From: Rhizophagus irregularis
Taxonomy: Eukaryota
DNA: 64,000 nucleotides
Assembly: GCF_026210795.1 (NCBI RefSeq)
Contig: NC_089430.1
Coordinates: forward strand, 930,001 to 994,000
Reading direction: 5' to 3'
Each line of letters begins with the position of its first letter. The first letter of the stretch is position 1. Position numbers and translations under genes: made by a program. The notes under the pieces are model-generated. The model was not told the DNA's origin. It worked only from the letters and a program-made list of their open reading frames with translations, and made no database searches. Shown piece after piece: positions 63,196-64,000 of this stretch.

Positions 63196-64000
63196 ATGGT
63201 TTATTCAGAGATTGTCCGTGCTTTACCTACAAGACCGGATATCAAAGAATTACAGTATTCAGGCGCAAGATTTTCCAGAGGAGCAATAGCAAGACTTGGA
63301 CAGCGACTCCAATCCCGGTATCCGACACATAAATTTCAGATTCTGCTCCCCTATGAAGACTGGAAACCCGGTGGATGGACATCAGGAAACCAACCAGCCA
63401 GCCTCTTCTCACTCTTGGACCACTACGACGAAGCACAACTACCGGATGACGCAGACCCTGATTATTTTGAACGATTCATAATTTATGTGAGAGATGCCCC
63501 ACCGGTTGCAGATGGTTGCAACGGGGAGCTAAATGATTGCCTGTATGAATGCCTAAAATATATCTACGGCACATTCTCTAAAATGCCAAAGTCAATCGAA
63601 AAGCCCGAGTATATCAAAAAGGCATTAGGTCTCAATCGTGATGCTCCAGTTCCAGTCTCATATATGGATAAGGTTGAACAACTTGCAGGAAGCCTTGCAC
63701 TTAATATTGTAGGGGATTCCACTCGAATTTCCAAGAGCAAATCTGACAGACGTGCAACACTTATCCTGTCTGAAGGCCACTACTCTCTTGCACTGAATCC
63801 CGGAAGACTCCACCCTAGCAAATTAGATAGAAAACAAAAGTCTCCCTTTGTTTATCGTGAAGATGGGGTTAATAATGTAGTAACAATATACAATGGTAAG
63901 ACAGTTAAGTCTCTTACAGTTGGACAGTTTCAGAAAGGTAAGAACTCTGATAGTTACTCCTTCATCCCTATCGAGAAGAATTGTAAAACTGGAATATATG
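63196..64000 (+). CDS. 5' part of a long ORF not in the supplied track; NDC...GHY cysteine-protease-like motif, possibly the N-terminus of a protein-primed DNA polymerase B
   Basis: Open for 268 codons to the window end: MVYSEIVRALPTRP...DGCNGELNDCLYECL...LILSEGHYSL...; polymerase motifs not within the window. Confidence 0.6.
   Translation, partial: MVYSEIVRALPTRPDIKELQYSGARFSRGAIARLGQRLQSRYPTHKFQILLPYEDWKPGGWTSGNQPASLFSLLDHYDEAQLPDDADPDYFERFIIYVRDAPPVADGCNGELNDCLYECLKYIYGTFSKMPKSIEKPEYIKKALGLNRDAPVPVSYMDKVEQLAGSLALNIVGDSTRISKSKSDRRATLILSEGHYSLALNPGRLHPSKLDRKQKSPFVYREDGVNNVVTIYNGKTVKSLTVGQFQKGKNSDSYSFIPIEKNCKTGIY

Larger units (their letters stand above)
59367..64000 (+). mobile_element. Virus-like/Polinton-like element, copy 2 (continues beyond the window)
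   Basis: agtcgtc terminus, iterated ctatgacc motifs, compact intronless gene train with higher GC than the flanks. Confidence 0.7.

Overview
Very AT-rich eukaryotic DNA with spliceosomal GT-AG introns and CTAAC branch points. Composition and transposon families are most consistent with an arbuscular mycorrhizal fungus (Glomeromycota, Rhizophagus-like; inference). No intact host housekeeping gene was recognised; the window is a nest of transposons. A 27-kb CACTA/EnSpm element (2261-29321) contains a Sola element, a young internally deleted Gypsy LTR element, a second CACTA element (17405-26220) and three copies of a 279-bp CACTG MITE. Further along are an IS3EU-like non-autonomous element with nested MITEs, two non-autonomous CACTA derivatives, a hAT element, and two nested copies of a virus-like (Polinton-like) element with a D5/SF3 helicase. 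The most striking unexplained structure is the cargo of the two non-autonomous CACTA elements (42250-44400 plus strand, 52960-55280 minus strand). Each carries about 17-19 short introns separated by apparently non-coding micro-exons of about 30-40 nt. Most introns have a hairpin at the 5' splice site and another around the branch point, with compensatory base changes between units.
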